Shown: positions 6,442 to 14,818 of the stretch, in pieces
Layout of the letters: each line of letters begins with the position of its first letter
Numbering within the stretch: position 1 is the first letter of the stretch
Origin: Anaerolineae bacterium
GTDB taxonomy: Bacteria; Chloroflexota; Anaerolineae; S140-20
Length of the DNA stretch: 15,564 nt
Assembly (NCBI GenBank): GCA_027021705.1
Contig: JALUTT010000031.1
Coordinates: forward strand, 1-15,564
Direction of reading: 5' to 3'
The notes under the pieces: generated by a model
What the model saw: only the letters and a program-made list of their open reading frames with translations
Told to the model about the DNA's origin: nothing
The model's database searches: none
Made by a program: the position numbers and the translations under genes

Positions 6442-9099
6442 TCACGCACGCTGCTCCGACGAGTCGTCCTTCTCCTTCTCTGCCTTCTCGGCCAGGACTG
6501 CCCTCAGCTCTTCCGACAGAGGGGTATCCCCGATGGCCGACCGGCCGGTGATCCGCTCGTACCAGAGGGGATGGTGCAGCCGGGCCCAGCCCTTGGTCAC
6601 CCAGCCGGCGAAGATCGCCTGCAGGGTGCCCGGGTTCGCCCCCGTGCTCAGGTAGATGTGGGAAAGCACGCCCGAGATGCCGAAGAAGGCCGCCAGATCG
6701 TGGACGACGATGGCGACGAAGACCAGGTCGTTGGGCAGGGACTTCCTGAAGAAGAGGATGATCCCGGTGACCAGGAGGGTGAGGCCGCCGATGACGACGG
6801 TCCAGAAGTAGACCTTCTGTCCCGCATTGAAGCGGTCGGCCGGCACCGGTTCGTGCCCGCCCAGGTAGCCGCCCAGCTTGCGCAGCCACTCTCGGTCGCT
6901 GGGGACCAGCACCGCGTCGCGCCACCAGAGGACGAACATCAGGAGCACGCCTGCGCCGAAGACGAAGCCCAGCCAGCCGTGCCAGACGCGGGGGGTGACG
7001 GTGCTGTTGAAGATCAACTGCAACCACCGCCCGCCGTTAAAGGCGAAGGCCAAGCCCGTGAGCGCCAGGAAGAGGAAAGTTATCAGGACCACCAGGTGGA
7101 CTAAGCGCTCGAACCAGTTGAACCGCTCGATCCGCTCGTAGTCATCCCCTCGGGGGTCCATAGGCCGGCCGCCGAAGTCGTGGGGTCCGTAGCGGGTGAA
7201 GTGGAGCGTGGTGGCGAAGAAGACGAGCATAATCAGCCCGCCGATCCAGGGGCGCACCAACGGACAGTGGACGGCGCAGAGGGTGTAGCTGAAGTCGCTC
7301 ACCCCGATGGTCCAGCGCACCGGCTCGACGACCGGATTGCCCGTCTCGTCGAAGGGGTCCACGATGTGGGTCCGCTGGAAGAACTCCCCCTGGAAACCGT
7401 GGCAGTCCACGCACCCACCGGCCCCCAGCGCCTCCTCGGCCGGCGCGACGTTGTGGCTGATGGAGAAGGCTTCGCTGACACACTCCGGCGCAGGATGGCC
7501 GGTCAGGGTGCCGTCGGGACCGAACTCCCACAGCTTGTCCCCCTTGACGAAGACGGGATGCACCTGGGTGAAGCGGGCGTTGCCGGCCAGCGTCTGCTCC
7601 AGGGCCTGCAGCCCGGCTGTGATCTCCTCGGGCCGGTTCACCTCGGGGAAGCCATCCCCGTTGTCATCGGTGACCTGGTCCTTGTACTGCTCCCAGGCTG
7701 CCGCCAGCTCCCGCGCGAAGAGGGGGTAGACGACTCCATCGGCATCCCGGTTCCCCCACCAGATGCCGAAGATGGGGTTGACGGGGTGGATCTGGCCATC
7801 GAAGAACTCGTAGGCCGGATACCAATCGGCCGGCTGTCCCCACTTCTCCGCCTCGCCGATGATGTCCCAGTGGAGGCTGCCGTAGGTGGAATCAAAGTAC
7901 TCCCCCGCCGCCCGGTGCTTCTGGGGGATGTGGCAGGTCTCGCAGGCGATGGTCTCCAGATGCGAGGGTGGGATGTTCAAGTGCTGCGGGATGGAAGCCC
8001 CCAGATAGCCGGTGGTGTGGCAATCCTCGCAGGTGCGCATCGTGTTGTCCAGGTCGTCGCGCACCGTCTCGATGGTGGTATGCCCCTTGGCGAAGTTGTG
8101 GGCCAGGTCGCCCGGGTGACAGTCCACACAGTGGATGCCTTGCTGGTTGTGGACATCGGGGTTGATGGGATCGTCCCAACTGAAGCCCCGCTTCTTCATA
8201 TCGGCCGGCCCATGGCACTGCATACAGTTGGCGTCCGCAGGGCGGTAGTTGATGGACAGCACGACTTTGCCGTCCTCGTTGAAGAGACGCCGATTGTAAA
8301 CCACCGTAGGGGTCTCCCCGGTGAGCTGTTTGGTCTCAGGGTTAAAGATGCGCCCCTTGACCACGCCCAGCCGGCCGGCCGCCGTCGCAGCCCACTTCAG
8401 GTTCCAGCTCTTGAGCTGACCGATCCGTCCCTTCCAGTCGTACTCGGGCGAATGGCAGATCAGGCAGTCGGCCTCCAGCACGCCGCTCTTGTCCCAGTGG
8501 CTGCCGATGTAGTCCCCGTCCAAGGAGTCCCGCAGCGCCGGATTGGCGGCCAGCGTCACGTCATAACGCTTGCCCTCGCGGTCGTGCTCCAAGGGACCGC
8601 CACCCGGGTGGCAGCCGGCGCAGGGAGGCAAGTTGGGCGGTGCTGTGGTCACCCACTGCCAGACGGTGATGTCTATCTCGTCGGGGCTCTCGTTGTGCTT
8701 TTTCGCCAACTGGCGAAAGGAGGGCGGTCAGTACTTCCCGAACATGCCGTCGGAGAGTACCCACGGCCGTTCGGGGTCAAAGTGATCGTTGATGACATCC
8801 GCGCCCTGCTGGAAGTGGTATCCCAGCGTAATGGTGGCGTAGTCGTGGCATCCCTCGGCCCCGCAGGTTTGGCGGGGGCTGTAGGGCTGATCCGCGTTCT
8901 CGCCGGTTAGCGGATTGATCACCTCACCGGTCTCGGTGCGCAGGAAGAAGGGGGGATGCTGCTTGGGGACGACCTGGGCCGGAGGGGCTTCTACCGGTCC
9001 GGCCAACACTCCCGTGCTCCAGAGGAGTCCGGCAGCCAGCACCAGGGCCATCGCTGCTAGGACTCCCCCTATCCCTCTGAGGAGATCGTGGACTCTCAT
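6442..9099 (-). CDS. Putative selenoprotein: OTR-like octaheme cytochrome c fused to an FdnI/formate dehydrogenase gamma-type cytochrome b (~885 aa, in-frame TGA at 8728-8730)
   Basis: ORFs 8728-9099 and 6442-8709 share a frame and are joined by TGA-CCG-CCC-TCC-TTT-CGC-CAG-TTG. There is a strong RBS (AAGGAGG) and a signal peptide at 9099. Heme motifs are one CX4CH plus seven CXXCH. The C-terminus has FdnI motifs (ERFNWFERLVH, VWHGWLG, RFNAGQKVYFW, HIYL, WARLHHPLWY). Confidence 0.8.
8701..8718 (-). promoter_or_regulatory. Candidate bacterial SECIS hairpin
   Basis: mRNA reads UGA-CCGCCCUCC-UUUCGCC-AGUU-GGCGAAA: a perfect 7-bp stem with a G-containing apical loop 16 nt after the UGA. Confidence 0.65.
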
Positions 9100-9159
9100 A
9101 ACTCTCCCTCCTTAATCGAATCAAGGAGCTCAAAAGTAGCGAGGGGATACACATCTATC

Positions 9160-9202
9160 ATCATATGCGTTTGGAGGGAGAGAGCTAGTGATAAACGTCA
9201 CA
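9160..9202 (-). promoter_or_regulatory. Activator-type promoter for the cytochrome gene, with a CRP/FNR-like box and a -10 element
   Basis: On the minus strand TGTGA-cgttta-TCACT (9202-9187) and TATGAT (9165-9160). The box centre falls at -41.5 from the inferred TSS near 9153, and the -35 is weak (CTAGCT). Confidence 0.55.
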
Positions 9203-9265
9203 TTCAGGAAACGCGCTTTGTCATTCTCAACATTTATAAGATGAATGGTTGCTCATTCCTCCTGC

Positions 9266-10621
9266 TTATACCCCGAGTTCGTTGCGCCATCGGCCCAGCA
9301 GGATGCAGGCATTCTGGCCGCCGAAGCCGAAGGAGTTGGAGAGGGTCACGTCTACCCGGGCTTCACGGGCTCGATTGGGCACATAGTCCAGATCGCACTG
9401 GGGATCCGGCGTCTCGTAGTTGGCCGTGGGATGGATGCGCTGGTCGCGCAAGGTCAGCACGCAGACCACCGCCTCGAAGGCGCCGGCCGCGCCCAGCATG
9501 TGACCGGTCATAGACTTGGTGGCGCTGACGGGGATGTCGTAGGCCCGCTCGCCCAGGGCCATCTTGATCGCCTCGGTCTCCACGATGTCGCCCAGAGGCG
9601 TGGAGGTGGCGTGGGCGTTGATGTAGTCCACATCTTCGGGGCCCAGCCCGGCCGAGGCCAGGGCCCGCTGCATAGCCAGGGCTTGCCAGCGGGCGGTGGG
9701 TGCGGTGATGTGGTTGGCGTCCGACGTCCCCGCCCATCCCAGCACCTCGGCATAGATGCGGGCGCCTCGGGCCAGGGCGTGGTCCAGCCGTTCCAGGATG
9801 AGCACGGCTGCCCCCTCTCCCGGCACCATCCCGTCCCGATCCGCGTCGAAGGGACGACAGGCCCGCTCTGGCGCGTCGTTGCGCTTGGAGAGCACGCCCG
9901 TGGCGGTATAGCTGGCGATGGCGATCTCGCTGTCGCAGGCCTCAGCACCACCGGCCAGGACCACGTCCACGTCTCCTCGCAAGATCGCCTCAGCCGCCTC
10001 ACCCAGGGCCTGGGTGCCGGAGGCGCAGGCGGTGACGATGGTGGCGTTGTAGCCGGTCAGGCCGAAGGTGCGGGCCACATGGTAGGCAGCGATGTTGGGC
10101 CAGACGGCGGTGAAGGTGATGGGCGAGATACGCTGGCCGCCCAACAAGCGCCGCATAGCCCGCTCCGTCTCGATGATCCCGCCACCGATGGCCGTCCCCA
10201 AGATCACCCCCACCCGGGTGCGATCCTCATCCTCCAACCTCAGCCCGGCATCCTGCACCGCCATCGTTGCGGCGGCGACGGCGAACTGGCTGGACTCCGT
10301 CATCCGGCGGGCTTCCTTGCGGCTGATGTAGGCCAAGGGGTCGAAACCTCGGATCTCCCCGACGACTCGGTTAGGGTAGCGCTCGATGTTGGGGATGTGC
10401 TCGGCCAAGCGGGTGCCGGAGCGCCCGGCCAGCAGCGCCTGCCAGCTCTCCTCGGCCGTCAACCCCACGGGGGAGATGGCTCCCACCCCGGTGATGACGA
10501 CCCGGCGAGAGGGCGGGCGTTCCCAGGATGGAGCCGGCCGGCCCAGGGGGCGGCCGCAAGCCAAACAGTAGCGGGCTTCGTCGGGGTTCGCGGTACGACA
10601 GGTGGCGCAGCGTTGGGTCAT
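9266..10621 (-). CDS. fabF: Beta-ketoacyl-ACP synthase II with an N-terminal zinc-ribbon extension
   Basis: RRVVITGVGAISPVG, catalytic TACASG, RPFDADRDG, NAHATST, KSMTGHMLGAAG and SNSFGFGGQNA motifs; N-terminus CATC-x10-CLACG. Confidence 0.9.
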   Translation of the reverse strand: MTQRCATCRTANPDEARYCLACGRPLGRPAPSWERPPSRRVVITGVGAISPVGLTAEESWQALLAGRSGTRLAEHIPNIERYPNRVVGEIRGFDPLAYISRKEARRMTESSQFAVAAATMAVQDAGLRLEDEDRTRVGVILGTAIGGGIIETERAMRRLLGGQRISPITFTAVWPNIAAYHVARTFGLTGYNATIVTACASGTQALGEAAEAILRGDVDVVLAGGAEACDSEIAIASYTATGVLSKRNDAPERACRPFDADRDGMVPGEGAAVLILERLDHALARGARIYAEVLGWAGTSDANHITAPTARWQALAMQRALASAGLGPEDVDYINAHATSTPLGDIVETEAIKMALGERAYDIPVSATKSMTGHMLGAAGAFEAVVCVLTLRDQRIHPTANYETPDPQCDLDYVPNRAREARVDVTLSNSFGFGGQNACILLGRWRNELGV

Positions 10622-10666
10622 CGCTTGTCCCCCTTTCTACGTAGACGGACGCTCCTAGCAGGCAGG

Positions 10667-10695
10667 ATTGTACTTCAGGCTCCCCGAAGAGGCAA
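10667..10695 (-). promoter_or_regulatory. sigma70-type promoter for fabF
   Basis: On the minus strand TTGCCT (10695-10690), 17-nt spacer, TACAAT (10672-10667). Confidence 0.65.
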
Positions 10696-10880
10696 GGTCT
10701 TCACCGGGCAAGGGATCGTGAAAAAGTTCGATCCTCGTAACGGTTCACCCTCCCGCAGGTTAGGCGCGTTTCCGACGCGAAACCGTGCTTCAAATAGCCC
10801 ATCGGAGCTGAAAGCACCCTCGACCGGTGACCTGTGGGAGAGTAGGTTGATAGATACCCCGGAAAAATGACGTTCATCCC

Positions 10881-10910
10881 TTGACAGCGAGGTGGGTCGT
10901 GACGTATAAT
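10881..10910 (+). promoter_or_regulatory. Consensus sigma70 promoter for the GntR-carbamoyltransferase-carbamate kinase operon
   Basis: TTGACA (10881-10886), 18-nt spacer, TATAAT (10905-10910). Confidence 0.85.
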
Positions 10911-10915
10911 GGACC

Positions 10916-10931
10916 TGTCTGACATCCGACA
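10916..10931. promoter_or_regulatory. Candidate GntR operator over the transcription start
   Basis: TGTCTGACATCCGACA contains an inverted repeat (TGTC..GACA) and a direct repeat (TCTGACA/TCCGACA), directly downstream of the -10 element. Confidence 0.55.
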
Positions 10932-10947
10932 AGTTGGGAGCGCCAGC

Positions 10948-11688
10948 GTGAAACCGATAGCCTCTTTGAGGCGGGACCCCCGTCCGCTCTACCTTCGGAT
11001 TGAAGAAGCCCTGAACGACCTCCTGGCTCAGATGGAGGCCGGCGAACAACTCCCCTCTGAGCCCAAGCTGGCCCGCCAACTGGGTGTCTCCCGTTCCACA
11101 TTGCGGGAGGCCCTGCGCTCGTTTGAAGAACGCGGGCTGGTGATCCGCAAGCAGGGCATCGGCACCTTTGTCAACACCCCGCGTCCCCTCATCCCCAGTG
11201 GCCTGGAGACGCTGGAGAGCGTGGATGTGCTGGCCCGCCGTATGGGACTGCAATGCGAGACGGAGGACCTGGTCATCGAACGGGTTCCCGCCAGCACCGA
11301 GGCGGCCCGGGCGCTGGGCTTGTCTCCCGGCAGCAGCCTGATCCAGGTCGCCCGCCTCAAGACGACGGACGGGGTGCCGGTGGCCTACATAGTGGACAAC
11401 GTGCCGACGACGCTGGTTAGCCTGGAGGCCCTGCAGGCCGACTTCGAGGGCTCGGTGCTGGACTACTTGCGCACCCACGCCACACCGCCTCCTGCCTACG
11501 CCCGGGCCAACATCATCCCCACGCGGGCCGGCCCCCTGAGCACCGTCCTGCGGGTGCGCCCTGATGCCGTCCTCCTGCTCCTGGAAGAGGTGCTTTACGG
11601 CCAGGACCACACCCCGATGGACTATTCCCGGAACTACTTCGTCCCTTCCTACTTCCGCTTCCACGTAGTGCGGCGGGTCGTGGCCTGA
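10948..11688 (+). CDS. GntR-family (HutC subfamily, UTRA domain) transcriptional regulator
   Basis: PLYLRI, LPSEPKLARQLGVSRSTLREAL and GIGTFV winged-HTH motifs, plus a UTRA-type C-terminus. GTG 10948 with a GGGAG RBS is preferred because ATG 10909 overlaps the -10 box. Confidence 0.92.
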   Translation: MKPIASLRRDPRPLYLRIEEALNDLLAQMEAGEQLPSEPKLARQLGVSRSTLREALRSFEERGLVIRKQGIGTFVNTPRPLIPSGLETLESVDVLARRMGLQCETEDLVIERVPASTEAARALGLSPGSSLIQVARLKTTDGVPVAYIVDNVPTTLVSLEALQADFEGSVLDYLRTHATPPPAYARANIIPTRAGPLSTVLRVRPDAVLLLLEEVLYGQDHTPMDYSRNYFVPSYFRFHVVRRVVA

Positions 11689-11748
11689 TCCAGACCGGGC
11701 TCGACACCGCCCAGCCTACACCAAAAACCGTTGAGAGGAGTGAGAACA

Positions 11749-12792
11749 ATGCGCACGGACACCTTCCGAGGAAAGGACTTTATCACCCTGCTGGACTGGA
11801 CCAAAGAGGAGATCGAGACCATCCTGGACGTAGCCCTGGACTTGAAGCGACGCCGGGCGATGGGCGAGCTTCACGATCACCTCTTGCGCGGCAAGACCCT
11901 CTTTATGATCTTCTACAACCAGTCGCTGCGCACCCGCAACTCCTTCGAGGCCGGCATGCACCAGTTGGGTGGTCACGCCCACTTCTTGGACCCGAGCAAG
12001 ATCTACACGCCGGCCCTCCCCGGCAAGGAGATCGCCTACACCACCGAGCGCGTCTCTGACGTGGCCCGCGTCCTCTCCCGCATGGGGGAGGCCATCGCCA
12101 TCCGCTGCTACGGCGACCCGGTGGACTGGGTCTACGGCGGGGCCAACGAGATCATCCGCAACTTCGCCTACTGGGCCGACATCCCCGTCCTCAACATGGA
12201 GGACGACAAGTACCACCCCTTCCAGGCCCTGGCCGACATCCTCACCGTCTACGAGAAGTTCGGCACCTTCAAGGGGGTGCGCTTCGTGATGAGCTGGGCC
12301 TACTCCCCCAGCGTCCACAAGCCCCGCGCCGTGCCCCAGAGCGCCATCATCGCCGCCACGATGATGGGGATGGACGTCACGCTGGCCCACCCCAAGGGGA
12401 TGGAACTGGACGACGAGGTGTTGGCCGCCTGCCGCAAGTACGCCGAGCAGACCGGCGGCTCCTTTGACATCAGCTACTCCTTCGAGGAGGCGATCAAGGG
12501 GGCCCACGTCGTCTACCCCAAAGCCTGGACGGCGGTGCCGATGTTCAAGCCCCCCGTCGGCGAGGACAGCCCGGAGAAGGCTCAGGAGATCTTCGACGCC
12601 AACAAGGACTGGATTATGGACGCCGATCGGATGGCCCTGGCCGACCCCAACGCCATCTACATGCACTGCCTGCCGGCCGACCGAGGCTTCGAGGTCACCG
12701 ACGACGTCATTGACGGCCCCCAGTCGGTCGTCTTCGACGAGGCGGAGAACCGGCTGCACGTGCAGAAGGCAGTGATGAGCCTGGTGATGTGA
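11749..12792 (+). CDS. Carbamoyltransferase 1 (YgeW/AOTCase-like knotted type, substrate uncertain)
   Basis: SLRTR, HPFQALAD, SWAYSPSVHKP loop, YPKAW, MHCLPADRG and EAENRLH motifs; the OTCase DxxxSMG motif is absent. GAGGAG RBS precedes ATG 11749. Confidence 0.88.
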   Translation: MRTDTFRGKDFITLLDWTKEEIETILDVALDLKRRRAMGELHDHLLRGKTLFMIFYNQSLRTRNSFEAGMHQLGGHAHFLDPSKIYTPALPGKEIAYTTERVSDVARVLSRMGEAIAIRCYGDPVDWVYGGANEIIRNFAYWADIPVLNMEDDKYHPFQALADILTVYEKFGTFKGVRFVMSWAYSPSVHKPRAVPQSAIIAATMMGMDVTLAHPKGMELDDEVLAACRKYAEQTGGSFDISYSFEEAIKGAHVVYPKAWTAVPMFKPPVGEDSPEKAQEIFDANKDWIMDADRMALADPNAIYMHCLPADRGFEVTDDVIDGPQSVVFDEAENRLHVQKAVMSLVM

Positions 12793-12810
12793 GTACCAAA
12801 GGAGCCCGCT

Positions 12811-13848
12811 ATGGACCTCTACGGACGCGATCTCATCTGCACCCAGGATTGGTCCTTCGAGGAGCTGATGGCCGCCCTCGACCTGGCGGCCAAGATGAAG
12901 CGGGATCGCTTTAACCCCCGCTGGACCCGCATTCTGGAGCACCGGACCTTCATTATGTTCTTCTACAACCCCTCGGTGCGGACCCGCCTCTCCTTCGAGG
13001 CGGCGATGACCGAGCTGGGGGGGCACGCCCAGTTCATGACGCCCTCGGCCGGCCGCTTCAAGACCCAGAAGCAGGCCGGCGAGACCATCGAGGATGCGGC
13101 CAAGGTGATGGCCCGCTACGCCGCCGGCATCGGCATCCGCATCCTGGAGGACAAGGTGCCCTACTACGGCGCCGGCGACGAGATGCTGCGGGAGTACGCC
13201 TACTGGGCCGACGTTCCCATCTTCAATATGGCCGACGACAAGTTCCACCCTATGCAAGGGCTGGCCGACGTGATGGGCTGGGCCGAGTGGTACGGTGAGG
13301 GGCCGGGCCGGCCCGACTACAGCGCCTTGGAGGGCAAGAAGTTTGTCCTCACCTGGGCCTCGGGAGCCCTCGCCCGCTCCTGGTGCTCCGTCCAGGAGGC
13401 CCTGCTCGTTGCCTCCCGCTTTGGCATGCACGTCACCCTAGCCTACCCCGAGGGCTACGACCTGGACCCTGAGGTGATCGCCCAAGTTCGGCAGAACTGT
13501 CAGGAGCGGGGCACCGACTTCGAGGTCGTCCACGATCCCGAAGCCGGCTACGAGGGGGCCCACATCGTCTACGCCCGCAACTGGATGAGCCCCAACGCCT
13601 ATCGGGATGGCGTCTTCCACAAGCAGGAGGAGATCGAGAAGGCGCTCCAGTACCCGGAGTGGATCCTCACCGCCGAGAAGATGGCCCGCACCGACAACGC
13701 CATCTTCACCCATCCGATGCCGGTGGATCGGGGACACGAGGTGACCGACGAGGTGGCCAGCGGGCCTCGCTCCGCCATCTACGACATCGCCGAGAATCGG
13801 CTCCACGTCCAGAAAGCGGTCATGGCCCTCACGATGGGGAACCTGTAG
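12811..13848 (+). CDS. Carbamoyltransferase 2 (divergent paralogue, substrate uncertain)
   Basis: SVRTR, HPMQGLAD, YARNW, THPMPVDRG (in place of HCLP) and AENRLH motifs; it has its own AAGGAG RBS. Confidence 0.88.
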   Translation: MDLYGRDLICTQDWSFEELMAALDLAAKMKRDRFNPRWTRILEHRTFIMFFYNPSVRTRLSFEAAMTELGGHAQFMTPSAGRFKTQKQAGETIEDAAKVMARYAAGIGIRILEDKVPYYGAGDEMLREYAYWADVPIFNMADDKFHPMQGLADVMGWAEWYGEGPGRPDYSALEGKKFVLTWASGALARSWCSVQEALLVASRFGMHVTLAYPEGYDLDPEVIAQVRQNCQERGTDFEVVHDPEAGYEGAHIVYARNWMSPNAYRDGVFHKQEEIEKALQYPEWILTAEKMARTDNAIFTHPMPVDRGHEVTDEVASGPRSAIYDIAENRLHVQKAVMALTMGNL

Positions 13849-13873
13849 CACGGGGCGAGGAGGAGGAACGGGA

Positions 13874-14818
13874 ATGAGTCGAGGCGTTGCTATCGTCGCC
13901 GTCGGTGGGAACTCGCTGATCAGGGACAAAGCCCATCAGACCGTACCGGACCAGTACGAGGCGGTGAAGGAGACGGTGAAGCACATCGCCGGGATGATCC
14001 AGCAGGGCTGGGACGTGATCATCACCCACGGCAACGGCCCCCAGGTGGGCTTCATCCTGCGCCGCTCCGAGTTGGCAGCCCACGAACTGCACACGGTGCC
14101 CCTGGACTCCTGCGGGGCCGACACCCAGGGGGCCATCGGCTACATGTTCCAGAAGGCCCTCTACAACGAGTTCAAGCGGCGGGGGATGAAGAAGCAGGCC
14201 GCCACCGTCGTCACTCAGGTCTTGGTGGATCGGGATGACCCCGCCTTCCAGAACCCGACCAAGCCCATCGGCTCCTTTATGGACGAGCGGACGGCCAAGG
14301 AGCGGGCGGCCCAGGAGGGATGGGTGGTCAAGGAAGACGCCGGCCGGGGATGGCGGCGCGTCGTGCCCTCCCCCATCCCCCGACGGGTGATCGAGCAGGA
14401 GGCGATCAAGACGCTGATCAAGGCCGGCTTCACCGTCATCGCCGTAGGTGGAGGCGGCATCCCCGTCGTCGAGGACGAAGAGGGCAACCTGGTGGGCGTC
14501 GAGGCGGTCATTGACAAGGACTACGCCAGCAGCCTCCTGGCCCGCAGCATCGGTGTGGACCTCTTCCTCATCTCCACAGCGGTGGAGAAGGTGGCCATCA
14601 ACTTCGGGAAGCCCGACCAGCAGTGGCTGGACCGGATGACGTTGGAGGAGGCCAAGCGGTACTACGCCGAGGGCCACTTCGCCCCCGGCAGCATGGGGCC
14701 GAAGATCAAGGCGATCATTGACTACTTGGAGGCCGGTGGCAAGCGGGCCATCATCACCAATCCGGAGAACATCGAGCGGGCCCTGGCCGGCGAGACGGGA
14801 ACCCTGATCACCCCGTAG
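13874..14818 (+). CDS. arcC: Carbamate kinase
   Basis: VGGNSL, THGNGPQVG, PTKPIG, GWRRVVPSP, GGGGIPV, EAVIDKD and GSMGPK motifs. Confidence 0.96.
   Translation: MSRGVAIVAVGGNSLIRDKAHQTVPDQYEAVKETVKHIAGMIQQGWDVIITHGNGPQVGFILRRSELAAHELHTVPLDSCGADTQGAIGYMFQKALYNEFKRRGMKKQAATVVTQVLVDRDDPAFQNPTKPIGSFMDERTAKERAAQEGWVVKEDAGRGWRRVVPSPIPRRVIEQEAIKTLIKAGFTVIAVGGGGIPVVEDEEGNLVGVEAVIDKDYASSLLARSIGVDLFLISTAVEKVAINFGKPDQQWLDRMTLEEAKRYYAEGHFAPGSMGPKIKAIIDYLEAGGKRAIITNPENIERALAGETGTLITP

Noticed and set aside
8728..8730. The TGA as a simple nonsense mutation (pseudogene)
   Set aside because: Not fully excluded, but disfavoured: there are no other lesions, all heme motifs are intact, and a SECIS-like hairpin sits at the expected distance.
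7180..8910. 576-aa plus-strand ORF, and likewise 9245-10870 (+), 11716-13431 (-), 13829-14980 (-) and 5433-6449 (-)
   Set aside because: These are antisense shadows of well-supported genes in high-GC DNA and show no recognisable motifs.
10700..10880. Small hairpins (ggatcg..cgatcc, cgcgt..acgcg) between the divergent promoters as an ncRNA or riboswitch
   Set aside because: The region lies upstream of both promoters and matches no RNA family I recognise.
12790..12813. The TGA of carbamoyltransferase 1 is in frame with carbamoyltransferase 2 with an 18-nt gap, suggesting a second read-through fusion
   Set aside because: Both genes are complete domains, gene 2 has its own AAGGAG RBS and ATG, and no SECIS-like hairpin follows the TGA.
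11749..13848. Assigning argF/arcB symbols to the carbamoyltransferases
   Set aside because: The ornithine-binding SMG motif is absent in both and no arcA is present in the window.
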